Positions 24,632 to 38,110 of a stretch of 64,000 nt of DNA are shown in pieces. The stretch's first letter is position 1, and each line of letters starts with the position of its first letter. The stretch lies in contig NW_002060963.1 of the NCBI RefSeq assembly GCF_000150275.1, forward strand, positions 591,262-655,261. The letters run 5' to 3'. The position numbers were made by a program, and so were the translations under genes. This stretch comes from Trichoplax adhaerens (Eukaryota; Animalia; Placozoa). Below the pieces are notes generated by a model, which was not told the DNA's origin, searched no databases, and saw only the letters and a list, made by a program, of their open reading frames with translations.

Positions 24632-26423
24632 TTATCCTCTGCTATATAAAAGTCTCTAATTTACGATGTTACATTTACGGCCAATATTGAAATAATGTAT
24701 TTTACTAATGTTATAGATTGAAACTTACAGAGATTAAAAATAACGAACGTGTAACTGAATTTGATCTCTTTAATTTCTCGACTGTAATAACTTGGACTCT
24801 AAATTTTGATAATTTCTTATTGTCAACGGGAAACCGCTAGTACTGACTCTGCATTACTATTAAATATTATCTTCAGTCATAAAATCTCAATTTTATATAA
24901 ATGTAAGCAAATCTATTAATTATTATCTAAGTGAACCTTAATTCATGTTACCAAGATAATATAAAGAATAAGATATCGATATTAACATTGATGAAGATGC
25001 AGATAAAATGGTTAATATTTAATTCCAAGTTGCATCGACTAACCAAAAATAGCATATGCTACAATTGTAAATTAAAATTCTGTAGTAACTGATTATTTAT
25101 AATAATTATTTCATTTACCTTGAAAAGTATATTGTTTACTATTATAGAATATATGAGTGCGGAATTAATAATCTTAGGTATCATGTTTCTATCTCAGGTT
25201 GAGCAATTGGAATCGCTATAATGATCATCATATCACCATCGATCTTGTACTAAATACATAATCAAGGCCCAATTATTTTTGTTTATGTCGGTTAAAATTG
25301 CTGTTTACCACCAGGCATATTGAATGTACGTATCGTTAGGTATAGAAACTTATCTCTGATCTTCAAATGGCTTAATTAATATCCTAATCGCAATTTAATT
25401 TAGGTTCAAAGCCGATTCACTTGCAAAATTAGCAATAATTCATTTGTAATTTCTTCGCAAAGACTGTAATAGATTCCCTTGTCTTTGAAACAAAAACTGC
25501 AGCTTAAAATTATGCCTATAATAAGTACTCGTTATAAGCGTACTTCACGTTGGAAGGTACGTCAGAATAGTGCTCTTTTAATAGGATAATAAAAGTTGAC
25601 ATCAGTAAATTCATAACATTAAGCGGCAAGCTGAGAATAGTGATTTGGTATAACTCAATGCATGTACATGATCTACTACAGCAAGGTCTAGACGAAATCA
25701 ATTACCCACTAAGCGTTTGAAACAAAGTGCCTTAACGTGAGTAATCTATCGTCTAAGACTCGAATCTAAGTTTGGTTGATTAAAGAGTGCTTAGAGTTAG
25801 TTGCTTAGATAGTTAAGTCTACTTTAGAGGAAAGAATCCCGTTTAATTCTTGTGTTACAATCTCGGTTGTGACAATAACTAATAACGTCATGCCTTATAG
25901 TAATATAAGTTTGATACAGCAGCCTTTATTAAAGGAACCATTTATTTAAAGCAAATCATCTGTGATATAATGTAGACAATTATCATTATACAAGATTTTA
26001 ATTCCATCACAATAAATATCAAACACATTAGTAATTTATATATTCATTATAATCTTCATAACTTAATGCTAGGTTCCGTAGGAAATTACGCCTATTAATA
26101 GACTGAGATAAACTAGATACAGCTAAGGATGTTAAAATTAAGCATAAATAATACAGGATAAAACTATTGGATGGCTTGACGTTGAATGAAACTAATAGTC
26201 TAGGTTTAGAAACATGCCGTCAGCGAAGATGGTATGATGAGATTCTAGTAACCAAGGAATAATTGGCTCGGAATAAAGGCAACTAGCGCAATCGGCGATT
26301 AGCTGAGTAATAAGATCGCATTTTAATAGGGTTTCAACGGCATTAACTAATTTATTATTTACTTAGTAGAAAGTAACGGCAGTTCATTTTTATTAGATAC
26401 TAATAGTAACAGTAGTATTCCGC

Positions 26424-28168
26424 TCTATCTAATTCTCTTGTATGAGATACATATTCATCATTTTTTAGAATCAGATAGTGAATCTATAGTAGAATGTTAT
26501 AAAAAGACGATATGAGATTAAGGTAAGGGAATTGCCTAAGGCTATATTTGTCACACAGAAGAAGGTAACATAGGCTAGAATATAGACGATAGTTTACGTT
26601 CTTAATGTTATCTGTATTAGTGTAATAGTAACTAAGATTTATGATAGTAGAACTCTCAACTACTAAGTAAAAGACTCTCCCTTTCTTCTAATCTTTCTAT
26701 GTAATTCAAGATGTGTGACCTTTCGTAAGGATATTACCTTTACTCATCCCTTAAAAGATCGAGGCAGAGTATTTATAAGTACCGTTTAATATCTTCAATT
26801 ATACAGTAGTTCAAATTTGTATAACACTGTATACAAATCCTATAATATTTTAAGCTTAGTACTTCTTTCAGTGGTAACAAATCTTTCAAATCGACTTTGC
26901 ATGCAAACTTTATATATGAGTCATAGAATTCACTTGTTATTTACTAAAATCCCTAAGTATTCTTACATTCCTTCCAAATAATGGCGACGCAAAGATGATA
27001 AATAGGAGCAAAGCTCCCGCAATTCCATTCAGGCATATAATTGGGACTAATGGATTATTGTATCCTTAGGGAATTGTTGCGTAAGTAGGAGTAGAACTCT
27101 TGTAGTTCCATTTAAGCGTTCAAATGGAAATAACAAACTATTGAATCCTTAGTGAATGGCTGCCTAAATAGTAGCACAGCTCTTATAGTTCCATTAAGGC
27201 ATTTAATTAGGGGTCACAAATTATTAAATCCTTAGAGAATTGTTGCGCAGTATTTACTGGCGTATTATATATTCTGAGATATTATACTGCAGAGTAGACC
27301 TCCTCGAATAAATCTTAAAATTTGAACATATCGCTACGTTTGAAAAGCTCTTATCCTTGCAAAATAAATTTATAGCAGCAAAAGTAATATTCTGTTCTAT
27401 CTAATTCTCTTGTATGAGATACATATTCATCATTTATTAGAATCAGATAGTGAATCTATAGTAGAATGTTATAAAAAGACGATATGAGATTAAGGTAAGG
27501 GAATTGCCTAAGGCTATATTTGTCACACAGAAGAAGGTAACATAGGCTAGAATATAGACGATAGTTTACGTTCTTAATGTTGTCTGTATTAGTGTAATAG
27601 TAACTAAGATTTATGATAGTAGAACTCTAAAATACAAAGTAAAAGACTCCCTTTCTTCTAATCTTTCTATGTAATTCAAGATGTGTGACCTTTCGTAAGG
27701 ATATTACCTTTACTCATCCCTTAAAAGATCGAAGCAGAGTATTTATAAGTACCGTTTAATATCTTCAGTTATACAGAAGTTCAAATCTCAATAACACTGT
27801 ATACAAATCCTATAATATTTTAAGCTTAGTACTTCTTTCAGTGGTAACAAATCTTTCAAATCGACCTTGCATATGGAGTTCTAACATGAATTGTAGTGTT
27901 CATTTTGTTATTTACTGAAATCCCTAAGGGTCTTTACATCCCTTCCAAATAATGACAACACAAAGATGATAAATAGGAGCAAAGCTCCCGCAGTTTCCTT
28001 GAAGCATATTATTGAGAATAACAAATTATTAAATCTTTAGGGAATTGTCGCGCAGTTTTCGCTGACGTATTATATATTCTAAGATGCTATATAAGAGAAT
28101 AGACCTCCACGAATATATCTTAAAATTCGAACATATCGTAACGTTTGAAGTGTCCTTATCCTTGCAAA
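26424..28168. repeat. Tandem segmental duplication, units start at 26424 and 27396 (offset 972 bp)
   Basis: First ~480 bp of the two units are near-identical and the remainder is clearly more diverged. Unit 1 has extra internal sub-repeats at ~27040-27250. Confidence 0.9.
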
Positions 28169-29787
28169 AAAAAATTCGAAGGTAAAATAAAAACTATTTA
28201 CGGCTACATTAAATTTTTATGTATAACAGCGTTATGTAATGCGATTATGACTTAGTAGATTATTTATAACTTTACTAAAATGAATATCTATAAAATTATA
28301 CAGTAATAAATGCCCCCAAACTATTCTATCCAGTCTAAAAAATTAAAATCCTCTTAGTTTATAGTCTCGAGATAGAATTTGAGAAGACTTTCCTAGATTT
28401 TTGGAATAGTAGAGTATTAATAGCAACAAGAATCTTGTGCAAGCTATCCTGTCTCAAAGTGAACTGAAGTCCAAGCTCCTATCTTTAGTTCTTAAATATA
28501 TTTGTTGCAATCTATTACAGCCACAAAGTGGGCTATATTCTGGCCTAAGTCGTAAAATGAAACGCTTCTCCTCAAATAGTTAATCAATCTTGTTACTGTA
28601 ATAAGACCACCGAAGTAATACCACCCCAAATTAGCAGAAAGTGAAGCATATAAACTACTTCAATTAATTGAAAATTAGGCGTGGTGTTAAATCTGTTTTT
28701 ACAAGCAAGGTGTCATTACGTTGGAGTTCTTTAATTTACTACCTGTTCAGTAATTCTATCTCTAGGCGTTCCTTAACTCACTAGTCTGAAGAGTACTTGA
28801 ACGCTTACTCTGTCGTGAATTCTGTAAGAAACGGCATTATCGAAAAGTAACGTGCTTTTAATTTACAGTAGCGCCAAGCTTTAGTGTCCAATAAAACATA
28901 CAGGAATTTTACTCAATAAATTGAGCTCTTTATTCGATTTTACCAAGCTTTCCTGATGCCAATAAAGTAAACGTGAATTATTAATACAAGACGGCTTATC
29001 AAAATTTTTAATATTGCTCGCTAACGAAAAGTAACTTAGTCACTACTCATTCTATCCGACGTGAAAAAATTTATCATACGGTATTTGGCCACTTTTTTCA
29101 ATGATGTAATTCTATAGTTATATTAACGAGGTCTAGTATGGCTTGTACATAAATTAAAAACGCCCCAAAATCATAATAAACTATCTTGCACTTCCCTTAA
29201 GTAACTAAAAAAATTTTAGACAATATATCATGTTAATGGACTTCTGAATTTATTGACAGTATTGACTATTCGGTAAAGACAGTTACATGTTTATAATTCT
29301 ATTCATCGAAGGAATAAATTACAAATTAAGGATTGTATTTATAAATGAATATCATGTGATTTCTGAGTACAGAATGAGTTGACTATAATCATCTCAAAAG
29401 GTGAATGTCAATCTGCATTGTTATCGTAAACTAATTAAATCTATCATTGTAGTTGATGAATAAATTATCTGTTGCCTTCTTGTTCTTCATGAATAAGATG
29501 AATGTATGTTATTATCTTTGAAAATTAATGGTATATGCTAATAAAAAATTTTAGTTTTATAGCATCGTAAGCTACTTTAATTATTGAAACAAGTTACGAT
29601 AATGTTTTTAGTGATTCGATAAAATGTCGATATTTGAAAATTAAAAATCATTTTTAAATCTAAGGCATCCATTTAGTTACATAATAACCATGAATTAAAA
29701 TGATATTACTGAAAAAAAATGTTCAAAATTACTGTCTTTAAATTAACTGAAAATCTTAAAATTTTATCTTTTTGTGACGATCCAGCC

Positions 29788-29973
29788 ATGAAAGCATACA
29801 TCTCTTTGATTGCCCTTTTGTTCCTCGCTGTCATTGTGGCAGCACGCAACATTCATGAAATTTCAGATGAAGATATTGAAGAAGCAATGAAGGTATTAGA
29901 GTTTGCTGAAAATGAAAAGAATGCCGCTGATGAGGAGAATGATGAAAACGAGGCTGATTCCGATCTACCCGAC
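29788..29973 (+). CDS. Secreted prepropeptide, first coding exon (signal peptide + acidic propiece)
   Basis: Pyrimidine-rich acceptor-like ...tccag|ccATG. MKAYISLIALLFLAVIVAA is a signal peptide, followed by RNIHEISDEDIEEAMKVLEFAENEKNAADEENDENEADSDLPD. Canonical donor GTAAGT at 29974. Confidence 0.75.
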
Positions 29974-30249
29974 GTAAGTGTCCATACTTATAGTGAAAAC
30001 TTCGAGTTACTTTGCAATAAGCGATTAATCTACCCCTTGGACGTGTTATGTTGTATCACTCCTTGTAGCTGTAAACTTTAACAGTAAAAGTCAAATTTCA
30101 TAACATTCCTAACAGTACTTAAATTACAGCAATCGATGCTTGTGTACACCTGCGTACTGACAATAGCCTGTTTATAGCACCCTATGTCCATTAACTGTGC
30201 GTACACATTCGAAATTCAGCATGACTACTAATTTAGAAATTATATTAAT

Positions 30250-33200
30250 CAGCTGACTTTAATTATATTATCTACAAATATATGCCGAGTGATACTAGTA
30301 TAATTTTCAGTAAGTTAATTATATATAACCTATACATAACTTGCTGAAAATAATAACAATTGCGTTTATATATGTCAATCGCTTATATAACTCCAAATAC
30401 GAACTGGCAAAATACTTTACAGTCATTTCAAAATAACACAAAATCTATATGTACTCGTACTCTAACTACCGTATGTTCGTATATTAAGTGTATTTATTAT
30501 TATTATCATCGTGTACTTGTGCCATACTTGTATGTTTATATATATTACTAACTGTAAATAATTTTCTTAAACTCACATATATATCAATGGATATAAACGC
30601 TTCCGACAAATCTAAATTGGACTAGATCGTAAGTCTATATTAACGTATTATTTTAGATTACATTTGTACAATATTAGACTGAATGGCAAATAACTGATAA
30701 ATTATTTGCCAATGTCTGTATATTTCTACATAGCATACTGAAAATAATAAGTACGTTAACAAATTTCGATTGCCTATATAACTTCAAATGTAGTCTTACA
30801 AAATAGTTTACAGTCATATGAAGATAACACATAATCTGCATATACTCGTACTCTAACTACTATATTTATATTCCGTGTATTTATTATCATCGTCGTTGTA
30901 TACTTGTATTGTACTTGCATGTTTAGATATTACTAAATAATTTTCTTAAACTCACATATCTATACAGTCGATTTGGAAACTGTTGGAAAACTACAATCTA
31001 ACTAGCAGGTAAGTTTTGTTATTAAAGACTATTTAGATTACATTTTTACAGTATTTGGCTGAATAAGAGATAAGTATAATCAATAGCTTGCTTACCAAAG
31101 TCTGTACTACTGTATTTATATTACGTGTGTTTCCAATTACCATCGTTGCGCATTTGTGCCGTGCTTGTGCGTTTGTGTGTCACTAAATAATTTTCTTAAA
31201 TTCATATATCTATGCAATCGATATGAACTCTTTGACAAATCCAAATCGAATTAACTAGAGGGTAAGTTTATATGACCGCTTCTTTAGATTATATTTGTAA
31301 AGCATTTGACTAAATTACAAAAAATTGATAACTTGCTAGCTAACGTATTTATATTTCTGTATAACTTACTAGAAATAATAAGAGCTACCTATACATATGT
31401 CAATCGCTTATATAGCTCCATATGCAAACTTACAAATTATTTTACAGTCATTTTAAAGATAATACAGAATGTGTATATATATTCATTCTCTAACTACTGC
31501 ATATATATTTCGTGCATTTATCATTATCGTCGATGTGTCCTTGTACCTCACTTTTACGTTTACTTAGTACTAACTATAAGTAACTTTCTTAAACCCACAT
31601 ATCTATACAATCAATACGGACTCTTTGATAAATCTAAATTGAAACAATTAGAAAGTAAGTCTACGTATATATTAACGTATTATTTAGATTACATTTGTAC
31701 AATATTTGACTGAATTACAAATAATTGATTGATAGATTATCATCATCGTTGTGCATTTGTATCGTACTTGTGCGTTCATGTATTATTAATTATCTATAAT
31801 TTTCTTAAATTCACACATCTATGTAACTGATATGGACTCTTTTGGTAAATCTAAATCGAACTCAATAGACCGTAAGTTTACATTAGGATTTTGTTTAGAT
31901 TATGTTTGTACAGTATTGTATCGAATTACAAATAACCGATGGCTTTCTTGTCAATGTTTATGTTTCTATATAACTTACTGAAAATAATAACTCCGTTTAT
32001 CACTTCAATCGGTAGCGTAACTGAGCATAAGAAGTAGTATATGGTTATTTTATACGTAATCCAGAATCTATATATACTCGTACTCGAACTACTATATTTT
32101 GTATTATGTGTATTTATTGTCATCATCGTTATATACTTGTGCGTTTATATATCACTAAGTGCAAGTAATTTTTAAACTTATGTATCTATGCAATCGATAT
32201 GAACTCTTTGGCAAATCTAAACCGAAATATATAGCGCGTAAGTCTATATTACGTTCTATTTAGATTACATTTATGCAGTATGTGACTAAATTACAAATAA
32301 TCGATAGCTTGTTTTTCAATGTCTGTATGTCTACACAAACCTACTGAAAATAATAACAACTATGTTAGTACATGTTACTCGGCTACATAACTGAGCATAC
32401 TAAATAGTATGTGGTTATTTTATACATGATACAGAATCTGTATATATTTGTACTCTAACTACGGTATTTACGTTATGCGTATTTATTGTCATCATCGTTG
32501 TGTACTTATGTGTTTATGGATTACTAACTATAAAAATTTTCTTAAATTCATGTATCTATGCAATCGATGTGAACTCTTTGGTAAATCTAAATCGAAATAT
32601 ATAGCATGTAAGTCTACGTTATCGCTCTATTTAGATTATGTTTGTGCAGTGTTTGACTAAATTACAAATAATCGATAGTTTGCTTTTCAATGTCTGTATT
32701 TTACACAAACTTACTGAAAATAGTAATAGCTGCGGTAGTATATATCACTCGGTTACATAACTGAGTATACGAAATAATATGTGGTTACTTTATACATAAT
32801 ACAGAATCTGTATATACTCATACTCTAACTACTGCATATATTATCATTGTTGTGTGCCTATACCGCACTTGTGCATTTATGTATTACTAACTGTAACAAT
32901 TTTCTTAAACTCATATATCTATGCAATCGATATGAACTGGCAAATCTAAATCAAAATATATAGCGTGTAAGTCTACATTAACGCTTTATTTAGATTAAGT
33001 TCGTGCAGTATTTGACTAAATTACAAACAGTCGATAGCTTGCTTGTCAATGCCTATATCTACACAGCTTACTAAAAATAATAACAACCGCGTTAGAACAT
33101 GTAACTCGATTACATAACTGAGCTTACGAAATAGTATATGATTATTTTATACAAACTACATAATCTGAAAATGCTCTTACTCTAACTACTGTATTATCAT

Positions 33201-33700
33201 CGTTGTGCGCTTTTATCGTACTTGTGAGTTTACGTATTACTAACTGTAAATAATTTTCTTAAACTCACATATATGTTAATGGATATGAATTTTTTTGACA
33301 AATCTAAATCGAACTCAATAGACCGTAAGTTTAAATTAACATATTATTTAGATTATGTTTGTAGAGTATTTGACTGAATAACAAATAATTGATAAATTAT
33401 TTGCCAATATTTGTATATTTCTATATAAATTACTGAAAATATAACAACTGCGTTTATACATGTCAATCACTTATTTAACGCCTCATATAATCTTATATAA
33501 TAGTTTACAGACATTTGAAGATCGTACTTATGCGTTTATGTATCACTAACTATATGTAATTTTCTTAAACTCACACATCTATGCAATCGATTGGACTTTT
33601 TTAACAAAATCTAAATTGAACTTAATAGAGCGTAAGTCTATATTAGCGTTATATTTAGATTGCATTTGTACAGTATTTGAGTGAATTACATATATATAGA
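30250..33700. repeat. Complex tandem array, ~360-390-bp unit with shorter deletion variants, about 10 units
   Basis: Anchor aaatctaaa...atttagattacatttgtacaatatttgactgaattacaaat recurs near 30608, 30990, 31237, 31630, 31848, 32214, 32584, 32942, 33300 and 33608. Confidence 0.9.
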
Positions 33701-34079
33701 TCAGTAGGGCAAAGATTTGCTATGAACGTAGCGTTTACGCTCAATAAATAGGCATTTTATCCATCTAAGTCTAATCTAAACCTAAATACCAGCAAATTTA
33801 GTGTAGTTTTAGTTTAGTTAACATAGCATTTACGGCCTATAGAAGCATTAAGTTGTAACAATTATATCAGTATATAAAAGATAGTATCACATTGCGCTAC
33901 AAATGTAAAGCATCCTAGCTAGACGCTATAACTTTGATAGCTGAAGAATGTTCCTATTTCGTTTTCACTATGGTAGTTTAATAGCCTCGCTGCTACTACA
34001 CTAAGACAATACTAGGCTGCTATAATCATTAAAAAGGCTTTATATTGCTAACATTAATTATCATTGTTGCTTTATATAG

Positions 34080-34153
34080 GAAAAAACATCAAATCTAATG
34101 ACTTCAAGCCAAAAGTAAAAACTGTAAAAGTGGTCGATAAGAGCAGATTGTAA
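34080..34153 (+). CDS. Candidate terminal exon of the prepropeptide gene
   Basis: Branch point tgctaac plus ttgttgctttatatag acceptor ending at 34079. Phase 0 reads EKTSNLMTSSQK* (to 34118). Phase 1 reads the cationic KNIKSNDFKPKVKTVKVVDKSRL* (to 34153). Confidence 0.4.
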
Positions 34154-35119
34154 AAGTATATGTTACAGTAAGCTATTAGTTGATAGTTATAGTGCTAAAA
34201 TTTAACTTACATCTAGACATTAAACGATGAATTAGCGAATAATTGGATACTGAAAACGGTTTCTGATATCTTTCAAATTTTAAGCAAGCTTCTTTTTTCA
34301 TATCGATTCACTTCAATTAATTTAGGAAACGATGGTATAAACTAACTACTCATATACTCGTATAACACGATTAGAGGGTAATTTTTCAATACTATCAAAC
34401 CTACCTTGCATTTGTCATTAATTTAAAGCTGATCGTGCATTTTAGGCCTAAACATTAAGTGTTACGAATAAATTAAAATAAAACATTTCCAAGCGGTACT
34501 TATCAATACGTTGTCTTTCTTTATCAGCTAATTTCTGCTATTAGCTTAAAATTTTAAACCATGTGTCGACCTTGATGACACAGTAATTTTAATACTAGTG
34601 TCACTTAAGAGGAATACGTCTCAAAAATCATCCAAATTCAATTTTATTCTTTAAAATTCATGTTATCACTGTTACTAGCAGAAATTTGCTTATGATCGAA
34701 GTTTTATCGCACAAATTATACTTGGTACTTTGCTTTCTAATCAAATTTCACGTGACTGGTGTAGTACGGTATTTTTATATGTCAAATTTCGATTACTAGT
34801 AGCGTATATGACTAATGAACCAATTTATATTTTAAATGAAGTAGTCATAGCTTAAAAAAGATCATATTCAGTTAGTTTGACAAAGATATTTACTATGTAG
34901 ATCGTACAGTAACTGCAAATTTACAAAACCATTCTATAGTAATACAAAAAACATCTAAATTGTATACAGTGGTACCTATCCGGCATTTCCTAAAGCCATT
35001 TACCTGATGTAACTTACAAAATTAAGGCAAAATTATACCATTGATTTTGTAATGCCCGTTTACAGTAATGCAATAAATAAAAATGGAACGTTAATTATTA
35101 CTGTATGCCCAATACTGCA

Positions 35120-36895
35120 TACGTACTTGCCTACTGCAAATACTTGATAGAAAAAGGATATAAAACAATAAAATTTTCATCATATGATGATGCATATCGT
35201 CCTAACGACAAGAACGCTTATGATGTTGCTTAAGTTTAATAGCCAAACATGCTTATAAAATTTGGACTAATAGACTATGCCTGAAAGGAGCTAGTGTTGG
35301 AGGCACCCACTTCTTAGTTGTTATGCCCGAACCATACTCTGTGCCTCGACTTCGCTTCGGTCCAAATCACTATAATTTCGTCTTTCCATTATGTTTTCCT
35401 GCATATGAAAATAATCATACCATGATTAAGAACCTTATTCAATTATAAATTCCCTATCAACGGTCAAATCCACATTATATATCGGTAGCCAAATTTTAGC
35501 TCTGATATCTTTAAAAGAGAAGACGAACCTTGGTCAAACCGAAATCCTATCATTTGTAAGGTGCTAACATACATCCGTTCTAATCTTCGCTTATTGCACG
35601 CATTTTTAGCTTTCTTGACTTTATATCAAATTCATCGGGCTGCGATCTCCAAAACTTTAGATGAATCCACTAGATTTGTTAAAGGCGGTAGAAATTTTTC
35701 GTGCCGATTTGGATTCTAAGGACGATTATGATATGACATCCTTAATTTATTGCATAATATTAGGTCGGGAAGATATTACTGTACTTGCTCGCTGTATGGA
35801 TTAAGGAAAGGACTTCATGTGGTTGGTTTAGCTCATGTCTTAGCAACTGCATTAAGTAACACTACATTAAAGGTATTAAAAGTTATGCAAAAACAGGATT
35901 ACTCATTCTATAAAGCTATTGTATCTGAAGTATTTAAAAGTGGAAGTACCTTTACCACTAAAAGCAAGAAAGACGTACTAAAATTGATTTCAACTGAATT
36001 AATTGAAGAAGACGTATTTCATGTAGCTTGTCTGGTTGCAATCTCGTTTCCAAACAGTCATACTATTGATCTGTTGATATCAGATTTTCCAATACTATTA
36101 AAACCATGCATAAATTTCGATCTACGGTATCCAACATTTCCTACCGGTAATTGCACTTGCTAGAAAGCAAGTCATTACTAATCATAACGCAGATCTAGTT
36201 TTAGATGCATGCAATCATATGGATATAATTATGATTGTACTCGACAATTGATTATAGAAAGTGTTTAATTATCTTCGAAAGGACACATCTTTTCTTAATA
36301 ATATACGGTTTAGATGCCTTACTTTATTTAATACGGAATTTTTGAAAACTGGGATACTTATAAAGAGTTTCATCAACATCTATTACAATTAAGTAAAAGA
36401 GTTCGATGCTGATATTATTGTTAAAATGTCACAACCTTATAAACTTGCAAAAGCATGTTCAGATCTACCAATGTTGCTAGCCCCAATGTAACTATCGGCA
36501 AAGTTATCATTGCAATGATGACGATGATTATGGTTTCAGAACACGAAAACTTTTCCTTTACTAATTAGCTTTTACAGAAACGACATGATGAAATAATTTA
36601 TGCACTGCTACAAAATCTAATAGACCTTCTTAGAGACGATAATACTATCAATAGTTGTCATGGGTTTGAACCATTTAGTCAAGAAATTCTATTACACGCT
36701 GTAGCTCGTTTGGCGAACCCATCTTGGGTAAAATTATTATTGCAAGCAGGTGCAGACCGGCAAATTGAAGATCTTGAGGGGAATAAAGCAATCCAATGTA
36801 TCAATCTATCATTCTTTGCCGAAAGAAAAAAAGTAATGGCTCCAAGAATGCTCATATTTATTGACAAGTTATCAATCATGTCCGCTGCGATCAAC
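35120..36895 (+). pseudogene. F-box/ankyrin pseudogene lacking the F-box end, otherwise near full length
   Basis: IAKHAYKIWTNRLC, AYENNHTMIKNLIQL, FYKAIVSEVFK, LLHAVARLANPSWVKLLLQAGADRQIEDL, LLTSYQSCPLRS. Many stops and frameshifts. Confidence 0.88.
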
Positions 36896-37549
36896 GTCAA
36901 CGATTGCAACCACTAAACAGTAACCCAGTAGTAGTGGATCTTAAGTAAATTATTATTACAACTAATGGGCCGGTTATCCGTTGCAAAACTAAACGGCATA
37001 TTTTGATTGACTGAGATAAATAAGTTATCTGTATAAAATGATTTACGATGATATCGATAATAATCAATCTCATGAGTGCTATAGATATGCAGCAATCCAC
37101 GAATAATTTTTCTAAGCTTAGAAATGATCATTCTTTTGTGTTGTTTCAATATTATGCGGAAAACTATGTATCATGCCTATGCACCTATATGAGCAAATAA
37201 AACAGAAATAGACCTCAATGTTACCAGATTGCAACTCTTAAATTGATTGAATGGATATTTCTATAGTCTGCACCAAACCATGGTAATTGAGATTCAACTA
37301 GCAAAAATGTCATCAGATCTAAATTATGCAAAATTTATAATACTTTCACTCTTACAACTTTAAAAAATATCTTTAGTTCCTGTCATATTTTAATATAGTA
37401 CGCAATGCCACATTTAAAAATAATGTTGTATTACGTTGAAACTAATCTAAGGATTTACAGTCAACATCGAAATTTATCTGATATGAAGAATGCTTATTAT
37501 GTACAACTTACAAGTTATGGCGTCATGCCTTTACTATTTTTAAATAAGA

Positions 37550-38110
37550 CATTTTATCACATTATTCTATCGTTAAATCCGTCTACAAAGTTATAATCTA
37601 CGATAGCACTACATTATATCGCCATACTATTATTAAATAAGCTGTAAAATCAGATTACGGTGATAGGCAAGAGTACATTATCTCCATGCTACCATTAAAT
37701 CTATCTTTAAAGTTATAATCTGCGGTAATATTTTATAGACGTACTATTGTTGTTAAATAAATAAAGCAGCAAAATCAAAAATTATAATAGAAAAATGTAC
37801 TTTATAGCCATGCTTCCGTTCAATTCGTCCAATGAAGTTATAATCGGTGGTAGTTCTTTATCGTCTTATTATTACATCATTAAAATGAAGCTGTGAAATC
37901 AGAAGTTGCGATAGACAAAATTACTTTATCGCCATGCTATCGTTCAAGAGTACTTCGTAATTAAAATCGACAGTAAGGATAACTAGGGCACTTTACGATT
38001 ATGCTGTCCTCAAACAGGACTGCAAAATTAGAACGACAGAGTACTTTCTCGCCATGATATCAATAAAAAATGGCGAATTTAGAATCTACTATTGACAAAA
38101 GTACTTTATC
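37550..38110. repeat. Degenerate tandem repeat, ~124-bp period
   Basis: aagttataatc at ~37588, 37710 and 37836; recurring gtactttatcgccatgct. Confidence 0.65.

Noticed and set aside
29719-30081. 120-aa ORF as a complete single-exon gene
   Set aside because: The signal peptide starts at the internal Met (29788) after an acceptor-like site, and the sequence after the GTAAGT donor at 29974 looks like intron read-through.
30360-32660. ORFs inside the tandem array (30360, 31306, 31926, 32448)
   Set aside because: Y/I/C-rich translations of AT-rich repeats, with frames not preserved between units.
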